Assembly (NCBI GenBank): GCA_051874735.1
Contig: JBJEGD010000002.1
Span: forward strand, 67,721-131,720
Length of the DNA stretch: 64,000 nucleotides
Source: Candidatus Bruticola sp.
GTDB lineage: Bacteria; Vulcanimicrobiota; Xenobia; Xenobiales; Xenobiaceae
Direction: 5' to 3'
Part shown: piece by piece, positions 1 to 8,920 of the stretch
How positions within the stretch are numbered: position 1 is the stretch's first letter
How the letters are laid out: every line of letters begins with the position of its first letter
The notes under the pieces: model-generated
What the model saw: only the letters and a program-made list of their open reading frames with translations
What the model was told of the DNA's origin: nothing
Databases searched by the model: none
Program-made: the position numbers and the translations under genes

Positions 1-1130
1 TAGCTTCTTTAGGTAATTCTAGTACTATACGCAGCGACAGCGCGACTCCAGCCGCAGTTCAAACACGCCAATCCCAGGCGCCCACTTTAGGACAAAGTAC
101 TAATCAGCCTAGAAGTCAAGCGGCCACTCTGGGCGGCACTATGCAGCCTTATCAGCCCAGGACAGCTGCTTCTTCGGGAAGTACTACTTCTATACATAGC
201 GGCAGCGCGGCTCCAGCTGCAGCTCAAGCACGCCAGCCCCAGGCACCCACTCTGGGACAAAGTACTACTCAATCTAAAATCCAAGCGGCCACTCTGGGTA
301 GCACTATGCAGCCTTATCAACCTAGGACGGCTGCTTCTTTGGGAAGTACTACTTCTATGCGTAGCGGCAGCGCGACTCCAACCGCAGCTCAAACACGCCA
401 AACCCAGGCGCCCACTTTAGGACAAAGTACTAATCAGCCTAGAAATCAGGCGGCCACTCTGGGCAGCACTATGCAGCCTTATCAACCTAGGACGGCTGCT
501 TCTTTAGGCAACACTGCTTCTATACGCAGCGACAGCGCGGCTCCAGCTGCAGCTCAAGCACGCCAGCCCCAGGCACCCACTCTGGGACAAAGTACTACTC
601 AATCTAAAATCCAAGCGGCCACTCTGGGTAGCACTATGCAGCCTTATCAACCTAGGACGGCTGCTTCTTTGGGAAGTACTACTTCTATGCGTAGCGGCAG
701 CGCGACTCCAACCGCAGCTCAAACACGCCAAACCCAGGCGCCCACTTTAGGACAAAGTACTAATCAGCCTAGAAATCAGGCGGCCACTCTGGGCAGCACT
801 ATGCAGCCTTATCAGCCCAGGACGGCTGCTTCTTTGGGAAGTACTACTTCTATACGCAGCAGCAGCGCGGCTCCAGCTGCAGCTCAAACACGACAACCCC
901 AGGCGCCCACTTTAGGACAAAGTACTACTCAATCTAAAAGCCAAGCAGCCACTCTGGGCAGCACTATGCAGCCCTATCAGCCCAGGACAGCTGCTTCTTT
1001 GGAAAGTACTACTTCTATACGCAGCGGCAGCGCGGCTCCAGCTGCAGCTCAAACACGCCAGCCCCAAGCGGCTACTTTAAAACAAAGTTCAACTCCGTCT
1101 CAAAATCAGGCTTTATCTTCCCGTAGCACG
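1..1130 (+). repeat. Tandem array of 165-bp coding repeats: at least 6 full units at 141, 306, 471, 636, 801 and 966, plus a partial unit at 1..140 and a diverged unit after 1131. Two alternating subtypes give a 330-bp higher-order repeat. Units at 306 and 636 appear identical at nucleotide level.
   Basis: atgcagcctt atcarcc recurs at 141, 306, 471, 636, 801 and 966. Duplicated antisense ORFs 87..401 and 504..731 are artefacts of the same repeats. Confidence 0.85.
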
Positions 1131-2873
1131 GTACAACCTTCTATTCCTGTATCCTCAGCTTTATCTGATAAACCTTCGTCCGTAAACTCTGTGGCTGCTT
1201 CCGGAAGGCACTTCAAAGAGAAACAAGCTACAGACACATCTGCTCCTTATCAGCCAGGTAAAGCGGCCAATTATCCTTCCCTGGAAGAAGCTAAACAGCG
1301 CGATACGTTCCGAACAGCAGAACATACAGAAAAAACAAGCGAAACCAAACCCAAGCGCCGCCCCAACGCGGCCTCTCAACCTTTAATTCAAGCCAATACC
1401 TCCAAAGGTTCTTCTAAACATAGCCAGGGAGGACGCGTAATTCCGACTATTTCAGCTACTCCTCCCAAAGAATTTATTAAAGAAAAAGAACGCAAAGCTT
1501 TGTTAGCTCAGCGCGTGGTCGAATATAATAATATTCAGGCTTACTATGCTAGCTATATGGCTAACTACGAGCAGCAGCAAAATAGGTTGGAACAGCTGAT
1601 AAAAGATGAGACTATCTCAACCATAGAGAGAGCTCACCTGTTTAAACAACAATCAGAACTTTATCAAAAACAACGTGCTCTGTTCCAGTTACAGACAAAT
1701 CTGTATGAGTACGTAAGCAACAAGAACTTCGATCCTAAAGAAGAGCTGCCGTTTACTCCTCTCGATGAAGAAACTAATAAACCTAAAAATTTTAACAAAT
1801 CTCCAGAAGAACATTGGTCAGCCATTCTCGGTTCTGAAATAAAAAAACAGACACGCAAACAACGCAAAAACGAAAGCAAACAGCCTTATAAAATTACCAA
1901 GCGCCATGAATCAGTTCTGGAAAGACGCCAACGGCGCATGGAAGAGCTCAAGCGTTGGGAAAAAGAATGGAGTCAGTACTATAAAAAAGATCCTTTCTGG
2001 CGCAAACAAAGGTACTGGAAAGCTCTGTTTTTTATAATCGGAGTAACCTTACTGATAGGCCTTATAAACATAAATAACGTTATGAAATGGTTTGCTTCCG
2101 ATTATGAGCGACCGCTAGTACCAATTGAAACTAATGAGCTGAAAACTAACTACAAAGAGGGATACATATCTGTACACAAGGGCGATGTCGTACCTGTTGA
2201 CAGTCGATTAGTTTCTTATTCCTCTCCATACAATGTTATGGCTATGCGCAACGGAGGAAACCTTCGTATAGATAAATATACCGATGTTACTATTGAAAAC
2301 TTGAAAACTAACAAAAATGGGAACTTCCACAGCAGCTTTTATCTTAAGCAGGGGCGTGTTTGCGCCTACAGCGAACCTGACAGCTTAGTTTTTATGCTTA
2401 CTCCTCAAGTGCGTATTAGTCCAGTTAACGATCAGCCTACACTATATGCAGCAGTGTTGAAAACGGATGGACAAGGTAAACAATTTACTCTGCTAAGCGT
2501 GTACCGGGGTATGTGCGTGGTAGGTTACAATACCGGCACCTTACAGACAGTTAGAGTAAGTGCCGGCCAGTCACTAAAAAGTTACTCTTCCAGTTTAGGC
2601 CAGCCTGACAGTCTGCGCCAGCCTGATAAATGGACAAAATGGAATTATGGCTGGACTGATACAAAAAATTATGTATCTCCTCTGGCTTCTCCTAAATCTA
2701 AAGATGATATCGACGAAATCGAAGACGACACTCCTGATAGCGCCGTAGAAGCTTTTACTAAAAAACAGGCGCTTGACAAACAGAAGGAAGCAGCCGCCAA
2801 GGTAGAAGCTGCTAAAAAGAGTCGAAAGGCAAAAGCAAAACCGAAATCTAAGAATAAAACTAATAAAAAATAA
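1..2873 (+). CDS. 5'-truncated gene for a large repeat protein. The frame is open from nt 3, so the N-terminus lies upstream of the window. N-terminal S/T/Q/P/A-rich 55-aa tandem repeats, then a coiled-coil region, one TM helix, a beta-rich C-terminal domain and a Lys-rich tail.
   Basis: Frame of ORF 141..2873 has no stop back to nt 3. The unit MQPYQPRTAASLGSTTS...QAATLGST repeats every 165 nt. TM segment ALFFIIGVTLLIGLININ. C-terminal AAKKSRKAKAKPKSKNKTNKK. Confidence 0.6.
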   Translation, partial: ASLGNSSTIRSDSATPAAVQTRQSQAPTLGQSTNQPRSQAATLGGTMQPYQPRTAASSGSTTSIHSGSAAPAAAQARQPQAPTLGQSTTQSKIQAATLGSTMQPYQPRTAASLGSTTSMRSGSATPTAAQTRQTQAPTLGQSTNQPRNQAATLGSTMQPYQPRTAASLGNTASIRSDSAAPAAAQARQPQAPTLGQSTTQSKIQAATLGSTMQPYQPRTAASLGSTTSMRSGSATPTAAQTRQTQAPTLGQSTNQPRNQAATLGSTMQPYQPRTAASLGSTTSIRSSSAAPAAAQTRQPQAPTLGQSTTQSKSQAATLGSTMQPYQPRTAASLESTTSIRSGSAAPAAAQTRQPQAATLKQSSTPSQNQALSSRSTVQPSIPVSSALSDKPSSVNSVAASGRHFKEKQATDTSAPYQPGKAANYPSLEEAKQRDTFRTAEHTEKTSETKPKRRPNAASQPLIQANTSKGSSKHSQGGRVIPTISATPPKEFIKEKERKALLAQRVVEYNNIQAYYASYMANYEQQQNRLEQLIKDETISTIERAHLFKQQSELYQKQRALFQLQTNLYEYVSNKNFDPKEELPFTPLDEETNKPKNFNKSPEEHWSAILGSEIKKQTRKQRKNESKQPYKITKRHESVLERRQRRMEELKRWEKEWSQYYKKDPFWRKQRYWKALFFIIGVTLLIGLININNVMKWFASDYERPLVPIETNELKTNYKEGYISVHKGDVVPVDSRLVSYSSPYNVMAMRNGGNLRIDKYTDVTIENLKTNKNGNFHSSFYLKQGRVCAYSEPDSLVFMLTPQVRISPVNDQPTLYAAVLKTDGQGKQFTLLSVYRGMCVVGYNTGTLQTVRVSAGQSLKSYSSSLGQPDSLRQPDKWTKWNYGWTDTKNYVSPLASPKSKDDIDEIEDDTPDSAVEAFTKKQALDKQKEAAAKVEAAKKSRKAKAKPKSKNKTNKK

Positions 2874-2926
2874 AATCAGCTGCTTATTTAAAAACAGCCG
2901 ATCAAGAAACGAGGCTTAACATTTTT

Positions 2927-3316
2927 ATGAGTGAACATCACCATAGCGAACATCACCATTCAAAGGAAGAGTGCTATCATCATGAGCACCACGAACTCCG
3001 CATTCCAGCAGAATTAAGCGCTAAAGCTTCTGAAGTTTTCATAAATAAGCACGGAGGACGCGGAACGGCTCTAAATTTTCCCTGCCGTTTTCCTATTAAA
3101 GTATTTGGCAAAGCTGAAGAAGATTTTTTAGCTTACGCTCACAAACTGGTGCAAAAACATGTGCCTGAGCTTTCTCTCGATAAATGCCGCTTAACGCACA
3201 GCAGTAAAGGGCGCTACGTATCCGTCACTATCGATATTATTGCTTCCAGCCGCGAACAGCTCGACGCCATTTATGCTGATCTAAAAAATGATGAGCGAAT
3301 AGCCGCAATGTTGTAA
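2927..3316 (+). CDS. DUF493/YbeD-family (UPF0250) small protein with an unusual His-rich N-terminal extension (SEHHHSEHHHSKEECYHHEHHE).
   Basis: C-terminal two-thirds resembles E. coli YbeD (FPCRFPIKVFGKAEEDF...VSVTIDIIASSREQLDAIYADL). Confidence 0.5.
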   Translation: MSEHHHSEHHHSKEECYHHEHHELRIPAELSAKASEVFINKHGGRGTALNFPCRFPIKVFGKAEEDFLAYAHKLVQKHVPELSLDKCRLTHSSKGRYVSVTIDIIASSREQLDAIYADLKNDERIAAML

Positions 3317-3317
3317 T

Positions 3318-3992
3318 TTGCCTATGGAAAATACTCTGAGCTTGCATATGGAATTAACTCTCGCTGGGCGACTAGTTGCAGCAGCCTTAATGGGAGGTAT
3401 TATAGGCATCGAACGCGAGATAATGAACCGTACCGCTGGTTTGAGAACTCACGTTATGGTTTCAGTCGGTGCGGCCCTTTTTACTGTTCTGTCTGTATAT
3501 TTTTTCTCTTATGATAATGGCCCCCGCGATCCGGCCCGCATAGCCGCTCAGATCGTCAGTGGCATAGGCTTTTTGGGCGCCGGGGCTATTATGAAGCACG
3601 GAGTAACCGTGCATGGATTGACTACAGCAGCTACTTTATGGGTCGTGGCTGCCATAGGTATGGGATGTGGGGCCGGTGCTTATATAATGTCAGCATCAGC
3701 CTGTGTCATTTCCTTAGTAACTTTGGTTACACTGCGCAGATTAGAACCTGTTTTTACTGGTGCTAATGTTGTATATATAAATGTAGCTCTACCTAGCGAT
3801 CCAGGCATTTTGGAAAAGATGCGTTTACAGCTCAACAGCGGCGGCATTAAAGTAAGGAAAATGGCCATTTCACAAGAAGAACAGGAACTGCTAGTAGAAA
3901 TGTCTCTAGCGGTAGAAAATTCAGTAACTAAAGCTGATGTTATCACCAGACTTACAGAACTGGGTGCAACTAAAATAAATTTGGAAACTTAG
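3318..3992 (+). CDS. MgtC/SapB-family membrane protein.
   Basis: LAGRLVAAALMGGIIGIEREIMNRTAGLRTHVMVSVGAALFTVLS is a typical MgtC N-terminal signature. Multiple TM helices plus a C-terminal ACT-like soluble domain. Confidence 0.8.
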   Translation: MPMENTLSLHMELTLAGRLVAAALMGGIIGIEREIMNRTAGLRTHVMVSVGAALFTVLSVYFFSYDNGPRDPARIAAQIVSGIGFLGAGAIMKHGVTVHGLTTAATLWVVAAIGMGCGAGAYIMSASACVISLVTLVTLRRLEPVFTGANVVYINVALPSDPGILEKMRLQLNSGGIKVRKMAISQEEQELLVEMSLAVENSVTKADVITRLTELGATKINLET

Positions 3993-4139
3993 TTTACAAA
4001 AGTTATCATGCATAGGTTTTCGCTCTCCCCTTCTGCTTAATAGGATTTTGACTACAAGCCACAAAAGAAGGGGTGAAGTCTTTACTCTCACAAGCCAGGA
4101 TCATCTAAATTTGCATCTTGATATAGAGAGCGGCATCTT

Positions 4140-5204
4140 TTGCCCAACGACCTGGAGGTTCTCTTGAAAACGCACCGCAATTGGTTGACAGCCACCGTAC
4201 TCCTAACGGCTCTTCTGATGTTAGTGAATATTTCAGTAAGCGAAGCCAACGAAGAAACAGATCGCATCAGCGCTATTTCGAGAGCCTCAAAATCGGTAGT
4301 TTCTGTGCGTACTTACCGTCAGAACCGCACTAAACCAGGAATTGGCTCCGGAGTCATTATTAATTCCAACGGCTACATTTTGACTAATGCCCACGTTGTC
4401 AAAGGCGGCAAAAAAATTAGAGTGCAGCTAAAGAATAAAAAAACCTACGAAGCCAATATTCATAAAATGGCCGGAGATAAAGATTTAGCTATTATCAAAA
4501 TAGATGGTCAAGATTTCCCAGCGGCCAGAATTGGTGATTCCGACAACCTAAAAGTAGGACAAACAGTTATTGCTATAGGCGATCCGCTCGGTTTTACCGG
4601 TACAGTAACCCAAGGAATGATTAGCGGATTAGGGCGCAATATTGAAACTAAGGGTATAAAATATACCAATTTAATTCAAACTGACGCCGCCATCAACCCC
4701 GGTTCTTCCGGAGGAGCCCTTTTAAATTCACGCGGCGAATTGATTGGTATAAACGCTTTAGTTTATACCGGTCCATCCAATGGTTACGACAAAGCTCAAG
4801 GACTGGGCTTTGCCATTCCTATTAAAAATGCTTTTAGTGTGGCTCAACAATTAATGGATAGTCCTGCTGATACCAATTACATCGCTGAGAGTGACAACAT
4901 GCCTTCAGGAACACGTCCTTGGTTAGGCCTTAGCGGTGCAACTTTGACCACAGAAAAGGCTCAAGATTTTAATATAAAGATTAGCAGCGGCGTATTTGTT
5001 ACCCAAGTAGTTGATGGTTCTCCAGCAGGCAGGGCTAATATAAAACCTGGTGATACGGTCAGCGCTGTAAATAAGGTCACCGTAAGCTCTGTAGGAGCTA
5101 TGGTTCGCGAGCTTAATAAGTATAGTGCTGGTGACCGCATTAAACTTACTGTATGGCGCAACAACAAAAAGTTTATAGTCTCGATAACTCTTGACGCCCA
5201 ATAA
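4140..5204 (+). CDS. HtrA/DegP-family periplasmic serine protease with a C-terminal PDZ domain.
   Basis: Signal/TM anchor at N-terminus. TNAHVV (His), DLAIIK (Asp) and GSSGGAL (Ser) catalytic-triad motifs. PDZ-like tail. Confidence 0.8.
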   Translation: MPNDLEVLLKTHRNWLTATVLLTALLMLVNISVSEANEETDRISAISRASKSVVSVRTYRQNRTKPGIGSGVIINSNGYILTNAHVVKGGKKIRVQLKNKKTYEANIHKMAGDKDLAIIKIDGQDFPAARIGDSDNLKVGQTVIAIGDPLGFTGTVTQGMISGLGRNIETKGIKYTNLIQTDAAINPGSSGGALLNSRGELIGINALVYTGPSNGYDKAQGLGFAIPIKNAFSVAQQLMDSPADTNYIAESDNMPSGTRPWLGLSGATLTTEKAQDFNIKISSGVFVTQVVDGSPAGRANIKPGDTVSAVNKVTVSSVGAMVRELNKYSAGDRIKLTVWRNNKKFIVSITLDAQ

Positions 5205-5299
5205 ATAGTTCTGAATACTTTTATATTTAAGCCCGCTGTTAATTTACCTGAACAGGTAATTATCCAGCGGGCTTAAATATTGCAGGGCAGTATTTTAGA

Positions 5300-6301
5300 C
5301 TACTCTGCAAAATAGCGTCGACCGCCCAAAAAGTGATATTTTGAAACGTTGCTAACCTTATTTAAATTACTAAGGCTGACACCTTTCTTGCCGGAAGCAT
5401 CAAGAAAACTGCCGTCTCCGACATAAAACCCTACATGACTTACATGCTCTTCATCGGCGCCAAAGAAAACTAAATCACCAGGTTCAAGCTCATCCTTGCT
5501 AAGTGGCATACCTACCAAAAACTGCTGATCTGCATCACGCGGTACTATCAAACCGTGCAAGCGGCAGCATACATAGACTAAACCGGAGCAATCGATACCG
5601 TGACAGCTTAATCCGCCCCAAAGGTAAGCAGTTCCCTTGAATCGGAAGGCGGTAAGCAATACCTCCTCAGCCTTAGTGGGCAGCACCTGTCGGCTGCCGT
5701 TTTCATAGGGTATATAGCCACTTTGATTAGAACCAGGCCAACTAACTACCCAAAATTTTTGTCCTCCAGCCCCAGTCTGACAAACTTGACTGCCTAAAGA
5801 CAGCAAAGTAGTCGCGAAAACTCGCCCCAATCTGGCAGCAGATTGATCAGGCTTCACATAAACGAACGATTGAGGACTAATAATCATGACGCTGTCAGCT
5901 GAGCGACTATCTATGGACCACTCCCTCAAACAAGGCTGGGCACAGTAGCCTAAATTCAAACTTTGACCAGCGAAACCGACTTGCTCCGTTAAAAAACTTC
6001 CGTTAATCCAACCAGGATACCCCTCAGGCTCACGATACTGATTAGGTACTACCACCTGCTTCCAGTCCCCAGATTCAGAAACAGATTTTACATAGACAGG
6101 TTCACCTAAAAGAACTTGAGTCAATCTCTCAGAGTCATCATAAATATCAGCAAACACACTGACAACTGGCACCGATACAACATATAAGGATTCAGCTTCA
6201 TTATCAGCCATGGTCTTCTCCTGGCAGCATAGAATAAGCAAAAAGCACCAAACAAGCTGCTTAATGCGGCTTTTGAATATTTCCTTATAGATTAATCTCA
6301 A
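5300..6301 (-). CDS. NlpC/P60 (C40) cell-wall peptidase with N-terminal bacterial SH3-like domains. Probable lipoprotein or secreted.
   Basis: YLWGG...GIDCSGLVYVCCRLHG...HVGFYVGDGSFLDAS is the canonical C40 Cys/His core. N-terminal hydrophobic LVWCFLLILCC. Confidence 0.8.
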   Translation of the reverse strand: MRLIYKEIFKSRIKQLVWCFLLILCCQEKTMADNEAESLYVVSVPVVSVFADIYDDSERLTQVLLGEPVYVKSVSESGDWKQVVVPNQYREPEGYPGWINGSFLTEQVGFAGQSLNLGYCAQPCLREWSIDSRSADSVMIISPQSFVYVKPDQSAARLGRVFATTLLSLGSQVCQTGAGGQKFWVVSWPGSNQSGYIPYENGSRQVLPTKAEEVLLTAFRFKGTAYLWGGLSCHGIDCSGLVYVCCRLHGLIVPRDADQQFLVGMPLSKDELEPGDLVFFGADEEHVSHVGFYVGDGSFLDASGKKGVSLSNLNKVSNVSKYHFLGGRRYFAE

Positions 6302-7504
6302 CTACAGACCCACTTTTTGACGAGCCGGAATTTTAAGTTTATCTCCAGGCACGATATGATCGTAATAAGGAGCAGGCAATTTATTGAATTTTCCGAGAGC
6401 TTTGCATACCTTAGGATCGGTTGTCGAATAATATTTTTCAGCAATGCTAGAAATAGTCTCTCCGGATTGCACGTTATGAATAATAACTTTCGAACCACTG
6501 GGAGCCGCTTTAACTGAACTTTCTTCTTTTTGGGCAAGTTTACTCTCTGTAGTTTTGACCGTATTCGCTTTCTCTTCCGACACAGCTATAGGTTCAGCCG
6601 CTGGCGTACTCAAAAGCCCCAATTCCTTGTCAAGAACGCCTACTGCCTCCAACTGCCCTTCAATTACCTTAACTCTCTTTTCTACTGAGTCAATCTGTTG
6701 AGATATTTGAATTTGATTAGCCAAAACCTCATGTTGATCGACTTTAGCTACCGGCGCCGGACGCAACAACTGAACCATCAGACAAAGGCCGATTAAAACG
6801 AGAATAATATAATCGATAGGGCGTACAACGGGATTGCGCAGCATACGCTGAAACTTATCTATACTGCGTTCTAAATAACGCTCGTCAAGATAATCTTCTT
6901 GACGAGTGGGTTCACGTGATACAATAGTGGAATTAACCGCCGTTTTCCCGTAAATTCTGAAACCGCCACTATTCTGCAATTCACCATCACGCCATAAATA
7001 GAAACTGCGTTCTCCAATAACAGGATCAACTATATAAATTACTTGAGACTGCTTGGGAAAAAATTTTTGGTGAATTTCTTTCTCTAAATCAGTTAAGCTG
7101 CTGCCAGTTCCAGGATGAGAATGGAACCAACCAACTACACTCATGCCGGGATGCTTTTTAGAAGCTTGCGCAAAGGCTCTTTTCCAGACAACTTCAGTAA
7201 AGTTATCACTTTGAGGTTTAACCTCAACAGCCTCATCTATTTTTATCCAAGAATTATCCTTAACATGACTGCCCAAAAGCAAACCTGCTTGAGCCTGGGC
7301 CGTATTATTCAAAGCTAATTTATTTAAAGTAGTAAATAGCTGATAACGCAAATAAATACGGGAATTACCAACTTTTTCTGTGCCGACTTGGAAATAATCT
7401 CCAGGTGCAGCCGCTGCATTAACCAAACCTATCCCCTCTTTAGATAATAAAAGATCTTCTCCCAACGTTTCCTCCAAATAAAAGGCCCTTCTCTTAGATA
7501 CCAC
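6302..7504 (-). CDS. Membrane protein with an N-terminal JAB/MPN (JAMM-like) metalloprotease domain, a central TM helix, a coiled coil and a C-terminal LysM domain.
   Basis: WFHSHPGTGSSLTDLE (HxH...S..D JAMM-like motif, spacer 2 residues shorter than canonical) with an upstream Glu (IDEAVEV). TM segment IDYIILVLIGLCLMVQLL. LysM-like IIHNVQSGETISSIAEKYY...IVPGDKLKIP. Its stop abuts the start of the NlpC/P60 gene. Confidence 0.6.
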   Translation of the reverse strand: MVSKRRAFYLEETLGEDLLLSKEGIGLVNAAAAPGDYFQVGTEKVGNSRIYLRYQLFTTLNKLALNNTAQAQAGLLLGSHVKDNSWIKIDEAVEVKPQSDNFTEVVWKRAFAQASKKHPGMSVVGWFHSHPGTGSSLTDLEKEIHQKFFPKQSQVIYIVDPVIGERSFYLWRDGELQNSGGFRIYGKTAVNSTIVSREPTRQEDYLDERYLERSIDKFQRMLRNPVVRPIDYIILVLIGLCLMVQLLRPAPVAKVDQHEVLANQIQISQQIDSVEKRVKVIEGQLEAVGVLDKELGLLSTPAAEPIAVSEEKANTVKTTESKLAQKEESSVKAAPSGSKVIIHNVQSGETISSIAEKYYSTTDPKVCKALGKFNKLPAPYYDHIVPGDKLKIPARQKVGL

Positions 7505-7585
7505 GTAGAGAAAGGCCTGAGCCTTAAGCTGTATTTATATACTACCTTCAGAGAATAATCTGCAGTCGCTCCCCCTTCCTTATCT

Positions 7586-8767
7586 CTAGATCATTGCCTC
7601 TTCGGTATCTTTATTGAAAAGATGTATCTTGCGGGTATCAATAGCTAAGTTAGCAGTATCTCCAACCTTAGCATCGGTATGAGAATCAACTCGAGCCACC
7701 AATTCTTCCTCACCTAAACGAATATGCAGAGAGACTTCAGACCCCATAGGCTCATACACTTCAACCTTGGCGGAGATGGGCACTAAGAACTCGCTTTCTC
7801 GGGCGAACTTAGGATCGTGAATATCCTCCGGCCTAATACCGAAAGTACACTCAGCTCCAGCGAACTCCTTTATACGCCCAGCCAAACGCTCTGGTATTTC
7901 TAAACTGAAACCTTTGCCCTTAATAACAACATTTTCGCCGACCGCTTCCAACTTCACTTCTAAGAAATTCATAGAAGGAGTACCAATAAAACCAGCCACA
8001 TATTTATTAGCAGGATGTTCGTACATTTCCAAGGGGGCGGCGGCCTGTTGAATTATCCCTTTGTGCATGAGAACAATACGATCGCCTAAAGTCATGGCTT
8101 CAGTCTGATCGTGAGTTACATAAATAGTTGTAACTCCCAAAGTATGGTGTAATTTCTGCAGTTCAGCTCTCATCTGAACGCGAAGCTTGGCATCTAAGTT
8201 GGAGAGAGGTTCATCCATAAGGAATACTTGAGGACGGCGTACAATAGCGCGTCCCATAGCCACACGTTGACGCTGCCCACCAGAAAGCTCTTTAGGCTTA
8301 CGCAGCAGCAAATGCTTAATATCTAAAAGCTCGGCAGCATTATTTACTAATTTTTTTATTTCCTCTTCCGCATATTTGCGCTGACGAAGACCAAAAGCCA
8401 TATTGTCGTAAACACTAAAATGAGGATACAAAGCATAGCTCTGGAAGACCATGGCAATATCTCGATCTTTAGGGGATACATCATTGACCTTGCGATCACC
8501 GATATAAATAGATCCGCTAGTAATCTCTTCTAGACCTGCTACCATACGCAAAGTAGTAGACTTACCACAACCGGAGGGACCTACTAAAACTAAAAACTCG
8601 CCGTCTTTAATATCTAGAGAGATATTTTTAACTACATGAACCTGACTGGGAAGGCGGCTAGGCTTCCAAAACTGATACCAAGCCTGATGCTCCGGGTTTG
8701 GACTCCAACCATCATAGATCTTATTTACTTCGACAAGACGAACACTACCCACAACTAAATACCCCAA
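7586..8767 (-). CDS. ABC transporter ATP-binding subunit of the MalK/UgpC/MsmX type with a C-terminal TOBE-like domain. Solitary, with no adjacent permease genes.
   Basis: Walker A GPSGCGKST. Signature LSGGQRQRVAMGRAIV. Walker B FLMDEPLSNLD. H-loop present. A roughly 25-aa insertion (WSPNPEHQAWYQFWKPSRLPSQ) sits near the N-terminus. Confidence 0.85.
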   Translation of the reverse strand: MGYLVVGSVRLVEVNKIYDGWSPNPEHQAWYQFWKPSRLPSQVHVVKNISLDIKDGEFLVLVGPSGCGKSTTLRMVAGLEEITSGSIYIGDRKVNDVSPKDRDIAMVFQSYALYPHFSVYDNMAFGLRQRKYAEEEIKKLVNNAAELLDIKHLLLRKPKELSGGQRQRVAMGRAIVRRPQVFLMDEPLSNLDAKLRVQMRAELQKLHHTLGVTTIYVTHDQTEAMTLGDRIVLMHKGIIQQAAAPLEMYEHPANKYVAGFIGTPSMNFLEVKLEAVGENVVIKGKGFSLEIPERLAGRIKEFAGAECTFGIRPEDIHDPKFARESEFLVPISAKVEVYEPMGSEVSLHIRLGEEELVARVDSHTDAKVGDTANLAIDTRKIHLFNKDTEEAMI

Positions 8768-8920
8768 ATTATCGCTGATTGTGCACCCTTAAGCACTGCT
8801 AGCCATGCTGAAAATGCGGTGTTACTACTTCGGGTGTTCTTCTATTTTTCTTATTCAGCTCCTACTCAGAAACATTAATATCACAAATTGACAGTACTAT
8901 CATAATATAGAAACAACTGT

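Noticed and set aside
87-731. Minus-strand ORFs 87..401 and 504..731 (104 and 75 aa, near-identical to each other).
   Set aside because: They are antisense shadows of the 165-bp tandem repeats within the large plus-strand repeat gene. Their duplication simply mirrors the repeat, so they are not independent genes.
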